A stretch of 56,367 bases of DNA, taken from positions 1-56,367 of the IMG/VR virus record IMGVR_UViG_3300020204_000079. One strand, given 5' to 3'. A program made the position numbers and the translations under genes. This document shows, piece after piece, positions 20,321 through 29,103 of the stretch. Source of the stretch: a virus. Taxonomy: Duplodnaviria > Caudoviricetes. The notes under the pieces are model-generated. The model had not been told where the DNA came from, ran no database searches, and worked only from the letters and a program-made list of their open reading frames with translations. How positions within the stretch are numbered: the stretch's first letter is position 1; each line of letters opens with the position of its first letter.

Positions 20321-20954
20321 AATATTTAAAGATGAGCTTGTAAAAGTTCTTGATACTTACCCGCCTGTAGACGAAGGTCACGATTTCCCGTGGGAAAACC
20401 ACGTTTGGACTTCGCCCACATTTAGGCGCGCACATCTTGACGTTGTTGACGCAAGACACACAAAGCGCCTATACATGTTGCACTTGACTGTTTTTCCGAA
20501 CACGTCTAGCGGTGCGCCCATATTTGGTTTTGACCTAATCGCTGGTCCCAACAAAGTTACTGGCGCTTTCCACGACTTCAGCCCAATCGACCGAAGCCAC
20601 CCTATGGTTGCTTGGTTCGCTTGTCGTGTTTCTGAAATGGCTTGGAGTAAAAGGCGGCAGCTTCCCCCGTGGGCTGAAGAAATTTTTAGCGCCAGTATGG
20701 TAGCTGCTGGAAACATCACTGATGAGTCAGAACTAAGGGCAGTATTAAATCTTGCCTACGATAACCTCCGCTACTATATTAACAATGTAGATGTTGGCAG
20801 CGGCATGTTTATCAAGAAGCAAAATAAATATTGTCAAAATCAAAAGATGAATCCACATACTCCAAAAGTAATGGCTTCGCTCGGCTTTGAAGAGGATTTG
20901 ATCTATGAGTTTATTCAAAAGTGTCTTTTCCCAGAGCTTCCAGAGTCTGGTTGA
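20286..20954 (+). CDS. pcyX: Ferredoxin-dependent bilin reductase, PcyX-like
   Basis: FRRAHLD, LHLTVFP, PIFGFDL, HDFSP, LPPWA.IFS, YC.NQK.NPHT motifs; overlaps hemO. Confidence 0.85.
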   Translation: MSQTSTVFSQLEIFKDELVKVLDTYPPVDEGHDFPWENHVWTSPTFRRAHLDVVDARHTKRLYMLHLTVFPNTSSGAPIFGFDLIAGPNKVTGAFHDFSPIDRSHPMVAWFACRVSEMAWSKRRQLPPWAEEIFSASMVAAGNITDESELRAVLNLAYDNLRYYINNVDVGSGMFIKKQNKYCQNQKMNPHTPKVMASLGFEEDLIYEFIQKCLFPELPESG

Positions 20955-21040
20955 TTTTTTTGTTACGCACCAGGAAGATTTTTATAAAGCGCTTGCATCT
21001 ATGGCTTGTGGATGGGTCGCTATAAAAGATTGGGAAAAAG

Positions 21041-21304
21041 ATGGATCAGACAGTTTTTAATTGGGTTGTTGCTTGTTGCGGCGCGCTAGGAGGCTGGATT
21101 TTGAAAGTCATCTGGGAAGCAATCAAAGACCTGAAAGACGACATTAGAACCGTAGACAAAAACGTCAACGATCATTATGTCAGACGCGATGATTTTAAAG
21201 ATGCCGTGAAAGAGATTAAAGAAGATATGCGCGACGGTTTCAACAAGGTGGATACTACACTTGCGCTTCTTTTCAAGAGGCTCGAACACAAAGAAGACAA
21301 GTGA
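21041..21304 (+). CDS. Membrane-anchored coiled-coil protein
   Basis: N-terminal TM helix, YVRRDDF coiled coil. Confidence 0.7.
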   Translation: MDQTVFNWVVACCGALGGWILKVIWEAIKDLKDDIRTVDKNVNDHYVRRDDFKDAVKEIKEDMRDGFNKVDTTLALLFKRLEHKEDK

Positions 21305-21311
21305 GAACGTA

Positions 21312-23939
21312 ATGGCAATCTTCACCATCAAAGGCTTCTCCGGAATGAAGCCAATACTGGACCCAAGATTGCTTCAGCCAGGTGAAGCGCAGCTTTCAAA
21401 GAACGTGCGCATCCAGTCAGGGTCAATCGTTCCTTACAAACAAAACGGCATAACTGCTTTTTCAATCAACCGCAATCCGTTATCTAGCGTCCGCACTATT
21501 TACCCAGTACTTCCTGCCGGAAGCGCGTCTAGTGCCAATACCAAATGGTTGTCCTGGACTACTGATGTGTATGTAATCGAGTCTCCGGTAATGAGCGACC
21601 AGTGGAATCGGTTGTACTGGAGCGGTGAGAACGAGCCGAGGTACGGACCCAAAGAGTTCATCACTTCTGGCGCAGCGCCATATCCGTCGCAATACTACGA
21701 GCTTGGCATTCCGAAGCCAGCTGGTAAACCTGTTGCTACTGGCGCTCCAATTACTGAAGTCACAAGCAACACCAGGGAATACGCGGTCACTTATTACACT
21801 GGCTCACAAGAATCAAGCCTTGGCACCACAGCAAGCACGTCGTGCATCAAGAATCATTTTGACTATGGTCTTTATGACCTTACTCTGTCGGTGAACAATG
21901 CTGTCGCAACAGCTGTCTTTGTTAACTCGCACGACTTCAGCGTTGACGACTTCGTCAAACTAACAAATGTGGCGACCGCCTTTAAGGTCACAGAGGTTGT
22001 TAACTCAAAAACGATTCTCTTCAATGTTGGGGGGACTGTTGTTCCTGGTGGGGTTACCACTGCTTCCCGTCGTGTTATGGCGAAGGTGGCGCTTACTGCG
22101 TTGCCTAACACTGGCAACTTCCAGCAGTCTGTTACCCAAAAACGAATTTATAGGAAGAAAGACGGAACCTGGACGCTGCTCGCCACAGTTCCGCTCGCAC
22201 AGCAAACATACGAAGACTTACTGCAAGATTCTGAATTTAATGGCTCGGCGATCAGTAACGCAGTGTTGTACACGCCAGCCAAGCCCACGACTCCTCCAAC
22301 CGCGGGGTATGGCATCGGTGACACATCTCTGGCAGATAACGCTGCATCTGGATCACCAGTGGCTACATCTATCAGGGTTTATGCTTATAGCTGGGTACAC
22401 GATGCTGGCTTTGAAAGCCCTCTTTCCGATTCCAGCGGCATGGTTCAAGTTGTCGATGCCCTGACCCGAGTCAAGGTGACGATGTCTGACAGCATCCCAG
22501 ATGGCTGCTCGAAGAAACGTATCTATCGACAGGATGTTGCTCAGTCTGGCAGCGGACTGCTCACCATACCCAGCGCAAACTACAAGCTGGTAAGCGAAGT
22601 ACCAGCCTCACAAATTTCTTACGAAGACACTTTGCCACAGTCTGGGCTGAGCAGCCGTGCTGCGCCGACGAATCCATCCGGGATCACACCCCCAGAAGAA
22701 TTTTTTGGTGCTGTTGGAACAGCGCAGCCTGTTCGGAATTCTGAGACAAGAGTTTATGTATACACATACGTCTCTGAGTATGGTGAAGAGGGTCCGCCCA
22801 GTGATCCGTCTGAAGCAATTGATATTGATCCAGACTTTCCCGTCACCATTACTGGTTTTTCTGGGGCGCCAACTGGCAATTACAACGTCGCTAAGATTTA
22901 TATCTACCGCACGTCAACCGCAGCCGCGGGCGCAACCAACTATCAGTTGGTCAATACTGTAGAGAACGGCACCCCCGTTGGGCAGTCGACTTATACCGAC
23001 AAGGTTCTTCAGTCAGCCCTTGGCGAGGTAATCCCATCCATTGGGTGGGTAGCTCCGCCATCTGACCTACAAGGGCTAAGCCTGATGGCGAACGGCATTG
23101 CGGTTGGCTGGAGCGATAACAGAACGCTTTGCTTTTCTGAGCCTTACCAGCCGCATGCCTTCCCGACCAAGTATCAAATTACGGTTGACTTTGATGTAGT
23201 CGGCATCGCCGTCATGGGTCAGTCAGCGGTCATATTGACCCAAGGCTTTCCATACATTGTTAGCGGTGTTGATCCGGCGTCTATGACGCTTACAAAGCTG
23301 GCGCTTGAACAAGCGTGTGTATCGCGTCGGTCAATTGTCGAGATGGGTCCGGGCATTATGTATGCGTCTCCGGACGGTCTGGTAATGGTTTCTCAAAGTG
23401 GGGCAGATGTTGTCACTAAGAAAATCCTCAGCCAAGCCCAGTGGCAAGCTTATAGCCCATCAAGTATTCACGCTTACTGGTTTGAGAACCGATACCACGG
23501 TTTTTATTTGAGCGGCGATTCTTACAAGATGTTTGTCTTTGATCCGTCCAGCGAAACCGCAACATGGACAGAAACAGACTTGTCTGGTTTTGCTGCCCAC
23601 AAGATTGTTCAGGAAGACAAGCTGTACGTTCTTGACAGCATTGGGTTAAAAACACTGTTTGGCGGTACTGGTAACTTAACCTACGCTTGGAAGAGCAAGA
23701 TTGCTGAGCTACCTTCTCCTGGCACATTTTCTTTTGGTCAGGTGCAAGCAGATGCATACCCTGTCAACGTAAAGATCACCGCTGACGGCAGCGAGTATAG
23801 CTATGTAGCTACAAGCATTTCGCCGTTCCGCTTGCAGTCTGGGTTTATGGCGCGAGAGTGGGTTATTGAAGTTTCTGGTACATCTCAAATTAACACTATA
23901 GCTATTGCCCAAAGCGCATGGGAGCTTAAATCAGCATGA
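21312..23939 (+). CDS. Tail tube/nozzle-like virion protein
   Basis: F.GM.P..DPRLL, YVYTYVSEYGEEGPPS, FSEPYQPHAFP, YASPDGLV, WKSK. Confidence 0.75.
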   Translation: MAIFTIKGFSGMKPILDPRLLQPGEAQLSKNVRIQSGSIVPYKQNGITAFSINRNPLSSVRTIYPVLPAGSASSANTKWLSWTTDVYVIESPVMSDQWNRLYWSGENEPRYGPKEFITSGAAPYPSQYYELGIPKPAGKPVATGAPITEVTSNTREYAVTYYTGSQESSLGTTASTSCIKNHFDYGLYDLTLSVNNAVATAVFVNSHDFSVDDFVKLTNVATAFKVTEVVNSKTILFNVGGTVVPGGVTTASRRVMAKVALTALPNTGNFQQSVTQKRIYRKKDGTWTLLATVPLAQQTYEDLLQDSEFNGSAISNAVLYTPAKPTTPPTAGYGIGDTSLADNAASGSPVATSIRVYAYSWVHDAGFESPLSDSSGMVQVVDALTRVKVTMSDSIPDGCSKKRIYRQDVAQSGSGLLTIPSANYKLVSEVPASQISYEDTLPQSGLSSRAAPTNPSGITPPEEFFGAVGTAQPVRNSETRVYVYTYVSEYGEEGPPSDPSEAIDIDPDFPVTITGFSGAPTGNYNVAKIYIYRTSTAAAGATNYQLVNTVENGTPVGQSTYTDKVLQSALGEVIPSIGWVAPPSDLQGLSLMANGIAVGWSDNRTLCFSEPYQPHAFPTKYQITVDFDVVGIAVMGQSAVILTQGFPYIVSGVDPASMTLTKLALEQACVSRRSIVEMGPGIMYASPDGLVMVSQSGADVVTKKILSQAQWQAYSPSSIHAYWFENRYHGFYLSGDSYKMFVFDPSSETATWTETDLSGFAAHKIVQEDKLYVLDSIGLKTLFGGTGNLTYAWKSKIAELPSPGTFSFGQVQADAYPVNVKITADGSEYSYVATSISPFRLQSGFMAREWVIEVSGTSQINTIAIAQSAWELKSA

Positions 23940-25690
23940 CTACCAAGCTTCCTTCAATCCCTGACTTTGATGGTAGCAATATCAAAGAAGTTTTAAACGC
24001 GCTCAAAGAAACAAGCGAAATTCGAGTCGGTCATCGAGGAGACAAGAAAGATGCTGGCGTTACGTTCCGAGATTTAGAGGCGCTCAAGCTGGTTCAGCCC
24101 GAGGAGGATGCTGTAACAACAGAGGGCGGCTCCGTATCTAGGACATCCGCATCGACGCTTGGCGGTAGGTATGCTGTTCCAGCCATAAGAGTTCCAACGT
24201 ATAACCCAGGAACCGATTTTACGCAGCCGCCGCCAGCAACTCAGCTTTTTGGAACAGCTGTTTTTGACACTGTTCTTTTGACTTGGAATGTTGTTGGATT
24301 TCCTAACCCTAGCTTCTGGGAAATTTACAGAGCTTTTGTTGATGATGTTGCTCAAGCCCAGCGGATCGGTACAAGTACATCTCAAAACTTTACCGATAAA
24401 ACGGGCGGCGAAGCTAAAACTTATTACTACTGGGTAAAGACCGTATCTGCGGCTGGTGTCAGGTCTGCTTGGAATAGCTCAAAAGGAACAGCTGTTACGA
24501 CAGGGGTTCCTGTTGCTGTAGTTTTGAAAGCTCTGGAGAATCAAATCCTGGAGTCTTCCTTAAACAGGGTGCTTGCTGAAAGGCTCAACGATGCCGAGGC
24601 TGGCAGTGGTCTTGCTAACGCCAGGATTACAGCCGAAGCAAAAACACGGGCGCAACAAATTCTTGCTGAGGCGGTAGCCCGCGGCGCTGCGATTACTCAA
24701 GAAGCCAACACCCGCCAAACCGCTGACCAGTCGCTGTCTCAACAGATCACAACAGTAACAGCCGCTGTTAACTCAAACGCAGCAGCCATTCAGACTGAAA
24801 CAACTGCCAGGATCGCGGGTGATTCGACTGTAGCTGAGCAAGTTACTACTCTTGCATCTCAAGTGCAGAACGCCGGTTACGCGACAACCGTCGCAGTTCA
24901 GCAGAACTTCTACGCCAAGGCGAGCGGTCAGTCGCTTGAGGGTCAGTACACTGTCAAGATCGACTTAAACGGTCATGTGTCCGGTTTTGGTCTGGCATCC
25001 TCTGCTGTCAACGATACGCCCACATCAGCCTTCATTGTTAGAGCCGACAAGTTTGCAATCGTAGAGCCTGGTAGCAGCGGAAACAGCTTAAACAACAATC
25101 CGCTGTCTTACTCAATTCCGTTCTTTGTTACTGGCGGCAGCACTTTCATTAAGTCTGCCTTCATTCAAAACGCCAGTATTGACGATGCAAAGATAGGGAG
25201 CGTCAGCGCCAAGAAGATTACCGCGGGTTACGTCAACGCGACCATTGGATTCAACGGCGCACAGGTATACGGCGCTCAGCTTTATGCTGGCGGATCGGTT
25301 AGTGTCAGCTATGACGGTCAGGGCTTTGCGACTGGATTTTCCGCCAACAACCCTACGTTCAAAGTTGAGAACGGCGACGTAGAGGTGGTCGCTGCGAACT
25401 TCAGAATCAAAACGCAAGCATTCAGCAGTACAACGATTACTCCATTCGAGGTGGTTAATGGCGTTGTAAGAATTACGAATGCTGCCATAGGCGTGGGCAC
25501 CATCACTATGGCAAACATTGCTGAAGTCATTCAGTCCGACGGTTACTACAGCGGTAGTAGCAGCGGCTGGCAGATTACAAAGAGTGGCGCTGCTACTTTT
25601 AATGACGCAACTATTCGTGGTGTTCTAAAGTCTAGCGACAACAACTTTATCATTGATCTCAAAAACAAATTCATTTCCATTTCTGTATGA
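23936..25690 (+). CDS. Tail tip / host-specificity (J-like) protein with FN3 domain and coiled coil
   Basis: EIYRA..YYYWVK, YTVKID.NG.VSGFGL, F.V.ADKFAI, FIKSAFI. Confidence 0.75.
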   Translation: MTTKLPSIPDFDGSNIKEVLNALKETSEIRVGHRGDKKDAGVTFRDLEALKLVQPEEDAVTTEGGSVSRTSASTLGGRYAVPAIRVPTYNPGTDFTQPPPATQLFGTAVFDTVLLTWNVVGFPNPSFWEIYRAFVDDVAQAQRIGTSTSQNFTDKTGGEAKTYYYWVKTVSAAGVRSAWNSSKGTAVTTGVPVAVVLKALENQILESSLNRVLAERLNDAEAGSGLANARITAEAKTRAQQILAEAVARGAAITQEANTRQTADQSLSQQITTVTAAVNSNAAAIQTETTARIAGDSTVAEQVTTLASQVQNAGYATTVAVQQNFYAKASGQSLEGQYTVKIDLNGHVSGFGLASSAVNDTPTSAFIVRADKFAIVEPGSSGNSLNNNPLSYSIPFFVTGGSTFIKSAFIQNASIDDAKIGSVSAKKITAGYVNATIGFNGAQVYGAQLYAGGSVSVSYDGQGFATGFSANNPTFKVENGDVEVVAANFRIKTQAFSSTTITPFEVVNGVVRITNAAIGVGTITMANIAEVIQSDGYYSGSSSGWQITKSGAATFNDATIRGVLKSSDNNFIIDLKNKFISISV

Positions 25691-26229
25691 AAATTGACGA
25701 GTTGATCCTTGCCGCTGATGCTGGAGATAGGCTGGACATAGTAATGGGTGAGCTTGTTCGTAAGGATAATGGGTTTTTGCTTGCCTCTAAATCTCTTGGG
25801 CAGAATGTTGTGTATGTGGACAAGATTCAAAGGACATACGCTTTAATTACACCAAAGACAGAATACAGGGGGCGGAACTACAAACTCAAGCAATCTGACT
25901 GCGTCCGCCTGGTGCTTGAGTGGCTTGCCCGTGAGCGAAATATTACATCCAAGGTTGATGGAACAAATCTGCTAGAGTTTTATGCCCGCCTTGACAACAG
26001 ATTGTTTGTTGATGCATATAAGCGCGGAGCTATTGCTATCTCTAAAGATTTTGGATTTAATGAAGTCGAAGTCTCTAATATAAATGTTGGTGATGTTATT
26101 GGTATTCACAATCATATTGGTGTAGTCGTTTCTGAAGGCATGATGCTTCATCACTTGCCACAAAAGTTATCGAGCATAGACCCAATTAACTTTGCCTCCA
26201 TTACTCAGGTGTTTAGGTATGCCAACTAA
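25687..26229 (+). CDS. NlpC/P60-like tail protein
   Basis: YRGR.Y....DC.RLV and HIGV...MLHH motifs. Confidence 0.6.
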   Translation: MKIDELILAADAGDRLDIVMGELVRKDNGFLLASKSLGQNVVYVDKIQRTYALITPKTEYRGRNYKLKQSDCVRLVLEWLARERNITSKVDGTNLLEFYARLDNRLFVDAYKRGAIAISKDFGFNEVEVSNINVGDVIGIHNHIGVVVSEGMMLHHLPQKLSSIDPINFASITQVFRYAN

Positions 26230-26815
26230 GAGTCTGTATATCGACGGCTTGAATGGGGTTGTTGCCATCATCCGCTATTCCTCCTGGTCCAATGTTCCAA
26301 GCGAAACAAATCGAGGCTTTAGCGCTGCTTTGACTTCACCAACTTCATATCCGGAAGATGTTTTCTTTCATACATCCTTGCCGTACATGGAGCCTGATCC
26401 GGTGACATCATCTCCACAGTCAATTTTCTTGGCTTCAACTCCGGTTGCGTATTTCACTTGGAGTAGCGGGGGCTGTGGGTTTTGTTTTATTACGACTGCC
26501 GTTTGTGAATACATGGGTGAGCCTGACGACGGAGATACCTTAACTACCCTGCGGAATTTTAGAGACAACCATATGCTTGCTACAAAGGGCGGGCGCAAAA
26601 AGGTTGAGTGGTACTACCAACACGCTCCGGGAATCGTGGCTAAGTTAAAGAACAGATCGGACGCTGAATCTGTGTTTATGCACATGTACTCAAAGTTTAT
26701 CGTCCCATCGGTTCTGGCTTGCAAAGATGGGCGGCTCGATGATGCTGAGAAAATTTATAGTATTGGCTTGCGATATGCCGCAAGAATGGCTGGTGTTCAA
26801 TGCCATCAGCAGTAA
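26219..26815 (+). CDS. Protein with CFI-box-CTERM-like domain
   Basis: CFITTAVC...LRNFRD..L...G...V.WYY..AP.IV. Confidence 0.75.
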   Translation: MPTKSLYIDGLNGVVAIIRYSSWSNVPSETNRGFSAALTSPTSYPEDVFFHTSLPYMEPDPVTSSPQSIFLASTPVAYFTWSSGGCGFCFITTAVCEYMGEPDDGDTLTTLRNFRDNHMLATKGGRKKVEWYYQHAPGIVAKLKNRSDAESVFMHMYSKFIVPSVLACKDGRLDDAEKIYSIGLRYAARMAGVQCHQQ

Positions 26816-27060
26816 TCCCGGGCGGTAATGTCCAAACTACGACCATTGGATTTACATCTCAACAAAACCCTGTCGTTTTTTTTAGTTTGGATGGCATTAT
26901 GTATTCTTCTTCAGTGGAATACTTTGCCGCAGGGGGCAGTCGCAGATTTCTATACCCTACTGTAAACAACGGCGTGGTAACTCTTGTGGCATTTGATTTG
27001 GTTTTTGGGACTGCAATACCGCAACAGAACCCTGTTGTTCAAATCTTTGTAGCGTCATAA
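26800..27060 (+). CDS. Hypothetical tail-module protein
   Basis: Tightly packed ORF. Confidence 0.6.
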   Translation: MPSAVIPGGNVQTTTIGFTSQQNPVVFFSLDGIMYSSSVEYFAAGGSRRFLYPTVNNGVVTLVAFDLVFGTAIPQQNPVVQIFVAS

Positions 27061-27803
27061 TGGTTGAAAGAGTAAAAATAACTGGTAGCAGGTTTTTAAC
27101 TCAGGACCAGTCTGGAAATGTTACTTTTGACAGTAACAAGAGATACATACGAACGAACGGCAGTGGTGTTGCTTTTCAGTTAACGCGCCCTGGATTTGCA
27201 TGCACAAACCCGGCTCGACAGGATGGCGACTGGGATTTCGTTGCTGGTAATTATGCTGGTTTTGTTGGCGCTACCTTGCCAATTACAAACCCAAGCTCAG
27301 TTGGGGAAAGAACCCTTCCGGCGTTTCCTGTAAATGGCTTCTGGTATCTCAAGGGCACTCAGTGTAGTCAGCTGATATATGAGCCTCCACAGCAGATCAT
27401 GTCTATTAACCCGGTGCGGTTGTTTACTCCGTGGCAAGTGTATAGAGTTTATCCGTGGGGCGGGGAGACATTTGCTGCCAACTTGAGCGCCACATGGGGC
27501 ACCAATACTGATGGTGTGGGAGATGGATACAACCCACCGCCTCCTCAGCAAGTCGTTTGGATTGGCGCCAATCATCCAAGTGGGTCTAATATTGCTTACG
27601 ACGTAATTGTTACCGTGTCTGCTGGCGTCAGGCTACGCCTCAAGCCGTTCCAGAATTTAAATCAATTTGGTATTAGCTATGATGACGGTTACGGTAATAT
27701 AACTTACATACCTCATCCAGCGGATGGCTTAATTCCCGGCAATCAGTTTGCTTGTATTTGGGTTTCTGATCCAGCGTTTTTGCCCTTGGAAATTACCCAA
27801 TGA
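27060..27803 (+). CDS. Hypothetical tail-module protein
   Basis: Coupled ORF; TFDS motif of tip accessory proteins. Confidence 0.65.
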   Translation: MVERVKITGSRFLTQDQSGNVTFDSNKRYIRTNGSGVAFQLTRPGFACTNPARQDGDWDFVAGNYAGFVGATLPITNPSSVGERTLPAFPVNGFWYLKGTQCSQLIYEPPQQIMSINPVRLFTPWQVYRVYPWGGETFAANLSATWGTNTDGVGDGYNPPPPQQVVWIGANHPSGSNIAYDVIVTVSAGVRLRLKPFQNLNQFGISYDDGYGNITYIPHPADGLIPGNQFACIWVSDPAFLPLEITQ

Positions 27804-28273
27804 CCTTGCTGGCTTCCGGTTCTCAGATTGTTATAAGAAATGCTTTTGGCACAACGAAGTTCACTAGCGACGATAAGCTAGTCTATCAGCGCGCTGTGTT
27901 TACAGGCTTTTTAACAGTTGGTCCTGGCAGTCCTGTTAGTGTCGCGCTTCTTCCGGGGTTAAATTTAACTAGTAACGATTTCCCTTACGTTCAAATTGCC
28001 GTAACCTCGACGGACGGCAACAGGTTTCCATACAACCAATTTAATTCTCAAATTACATTGAACTTCGGTCTTCCGCTTCAATTTGATCATGCGCAAAACG
28101 AATTCAAAATTCACTCTTACGAAGTTTTGACTGCTTCCATCGGGACCCCTGACAATACCAACTGGTATGTTGGGTTCTCATATTACAACTGGGCGCGCAG
28201 ACAATGGTGGATTAACAATCCGTCCTCTTTCGTCGGGTTCCAGTGGCGGGTAGTAATCCTTAGCTACAGGTAA
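27800..28273 (+). CDS. Hypothetical tail-module protein
   Basis: ATGA overlap. Confidence 0.65.
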   Translation: MTLLASGSQIVIRNAFGTTKFTSDDKLVYQRAVFTGFLTVGPGSPVSVALLPGLNLTSNDFPYVQIAVTSTDGNRFPYNQFNSQITLNFGLPLQFDHAQNEFKIHSYEVLTASIGTPDNTNWYVGFSYYNWARRQWWINNPSSFVGFQWRVVILSYR

Positions 28274-28276
28274 AAC

Positions 28277-28489
28277 ATGGATATAACTAACAAGCAAATT
28301 GTTGTTATGAGAATGTCATCTGACAGCATGGCTAACAGCACAGTTGTTTTAGCTGAACTGTATGTCCCAATTGCGGACGACGCCAGAAGAATGACTGATC
28401 AGATTGAGCTTCGTGTGCCGGGTAGTTTTATGTATCCGCAAGACCCAGAGTTACTTCAAGCGATTGCACAGAGACTGTTGGAGATTTAA
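28277..28489 (+). CDS. Hypothetical protein
   Basis: Coupled ORF. Confidence 0.6.
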   Translation: MDITNKQIVVMRMSSDSMANSTVVLAELYVPIADDARRMTDQIELRVPGSFMYPQDPELLQAIAQRLLEI

Positions 28490-29103
28490 TGAACTTACAA
28501 GCTCTTGAAGTTGCTTTAGCCGAAAACATTGGGAATAAGCTGACGCCCGAGCTTGCTATTGGACTTTTACATGCATTAAAACAAACGGTGGTTGCTCGCA
28601 TTGACATTGCATCTATCGATCCTTGTGAATACGTTGATTACTCAATGCAGTGCGAATATCTTGAAGACATCCTTCAACAAGTGATACCGCTGCACCAGAT
28701 GCACTGGCAGGAGACCGAGAAGTATCGGCACAGCATTCCGCTCAAGCCGAACTATGACTACATGATTAACGCAGAGCGCAACGGCAGATTCATGCTGTTC
28801 ACCCTGCGCTGCCGCGATTCCGGCGTTATCGGAAATTGCATGATGTACATCAGCCAATCAACCCACACCCAAGAGTGGGTGGCTGAAGAGGACACCATCT
28901 TTATTGATCCAGCCCACCGCAAAGGCAGGGTCGGGATCAAATTTATTAAATATGTTGAGGACGTTCTTGGTTCCGTCGGCATCAAAGAAATCCGAGTCAC
29001 CGTCAAGTCTGTGAATCGCGTTGGCGATTTGCTGCTGGCACTCGGCTATTCACATACAGCCAACCAGTTGACTAAGATTTTGGGAGAAGAACATGTGCAG
29101 TGA
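28489..29103 (+). CDS. GNAT acetyltransferase-like protein
   Basis: EDTIFIDPAHRKGRVG acetyl-CoA motif, LGY; precedes the internal virion genes. Confidence 0.75.
   Translation: MNLQALEVALAENIGNKLTPELAIGLLHALKQTVVARIDIASIDPCEYVDYSMQCEYLEDILQQVIPLHQMHWQETEKYRHSIPLKPNYDYMINAERNGRFMLFTLRCRDSGVIGNCMMYISQSTHTQEWVAEEDTIFIDPAHRKGRVGIKFIKYVEDVLGSVGIKEIRVTVKSVNRVGDLLLALGYSHTANQLTKILGEEHVQ

Noticed and set aside
19772-20954. Cyanophage assignment based on bilin genes
   Set aside because: No photosystem or hli genes; the reductase looks PcyX-like and the backbone is a lambdoid-style temperate phage; host remains unproven
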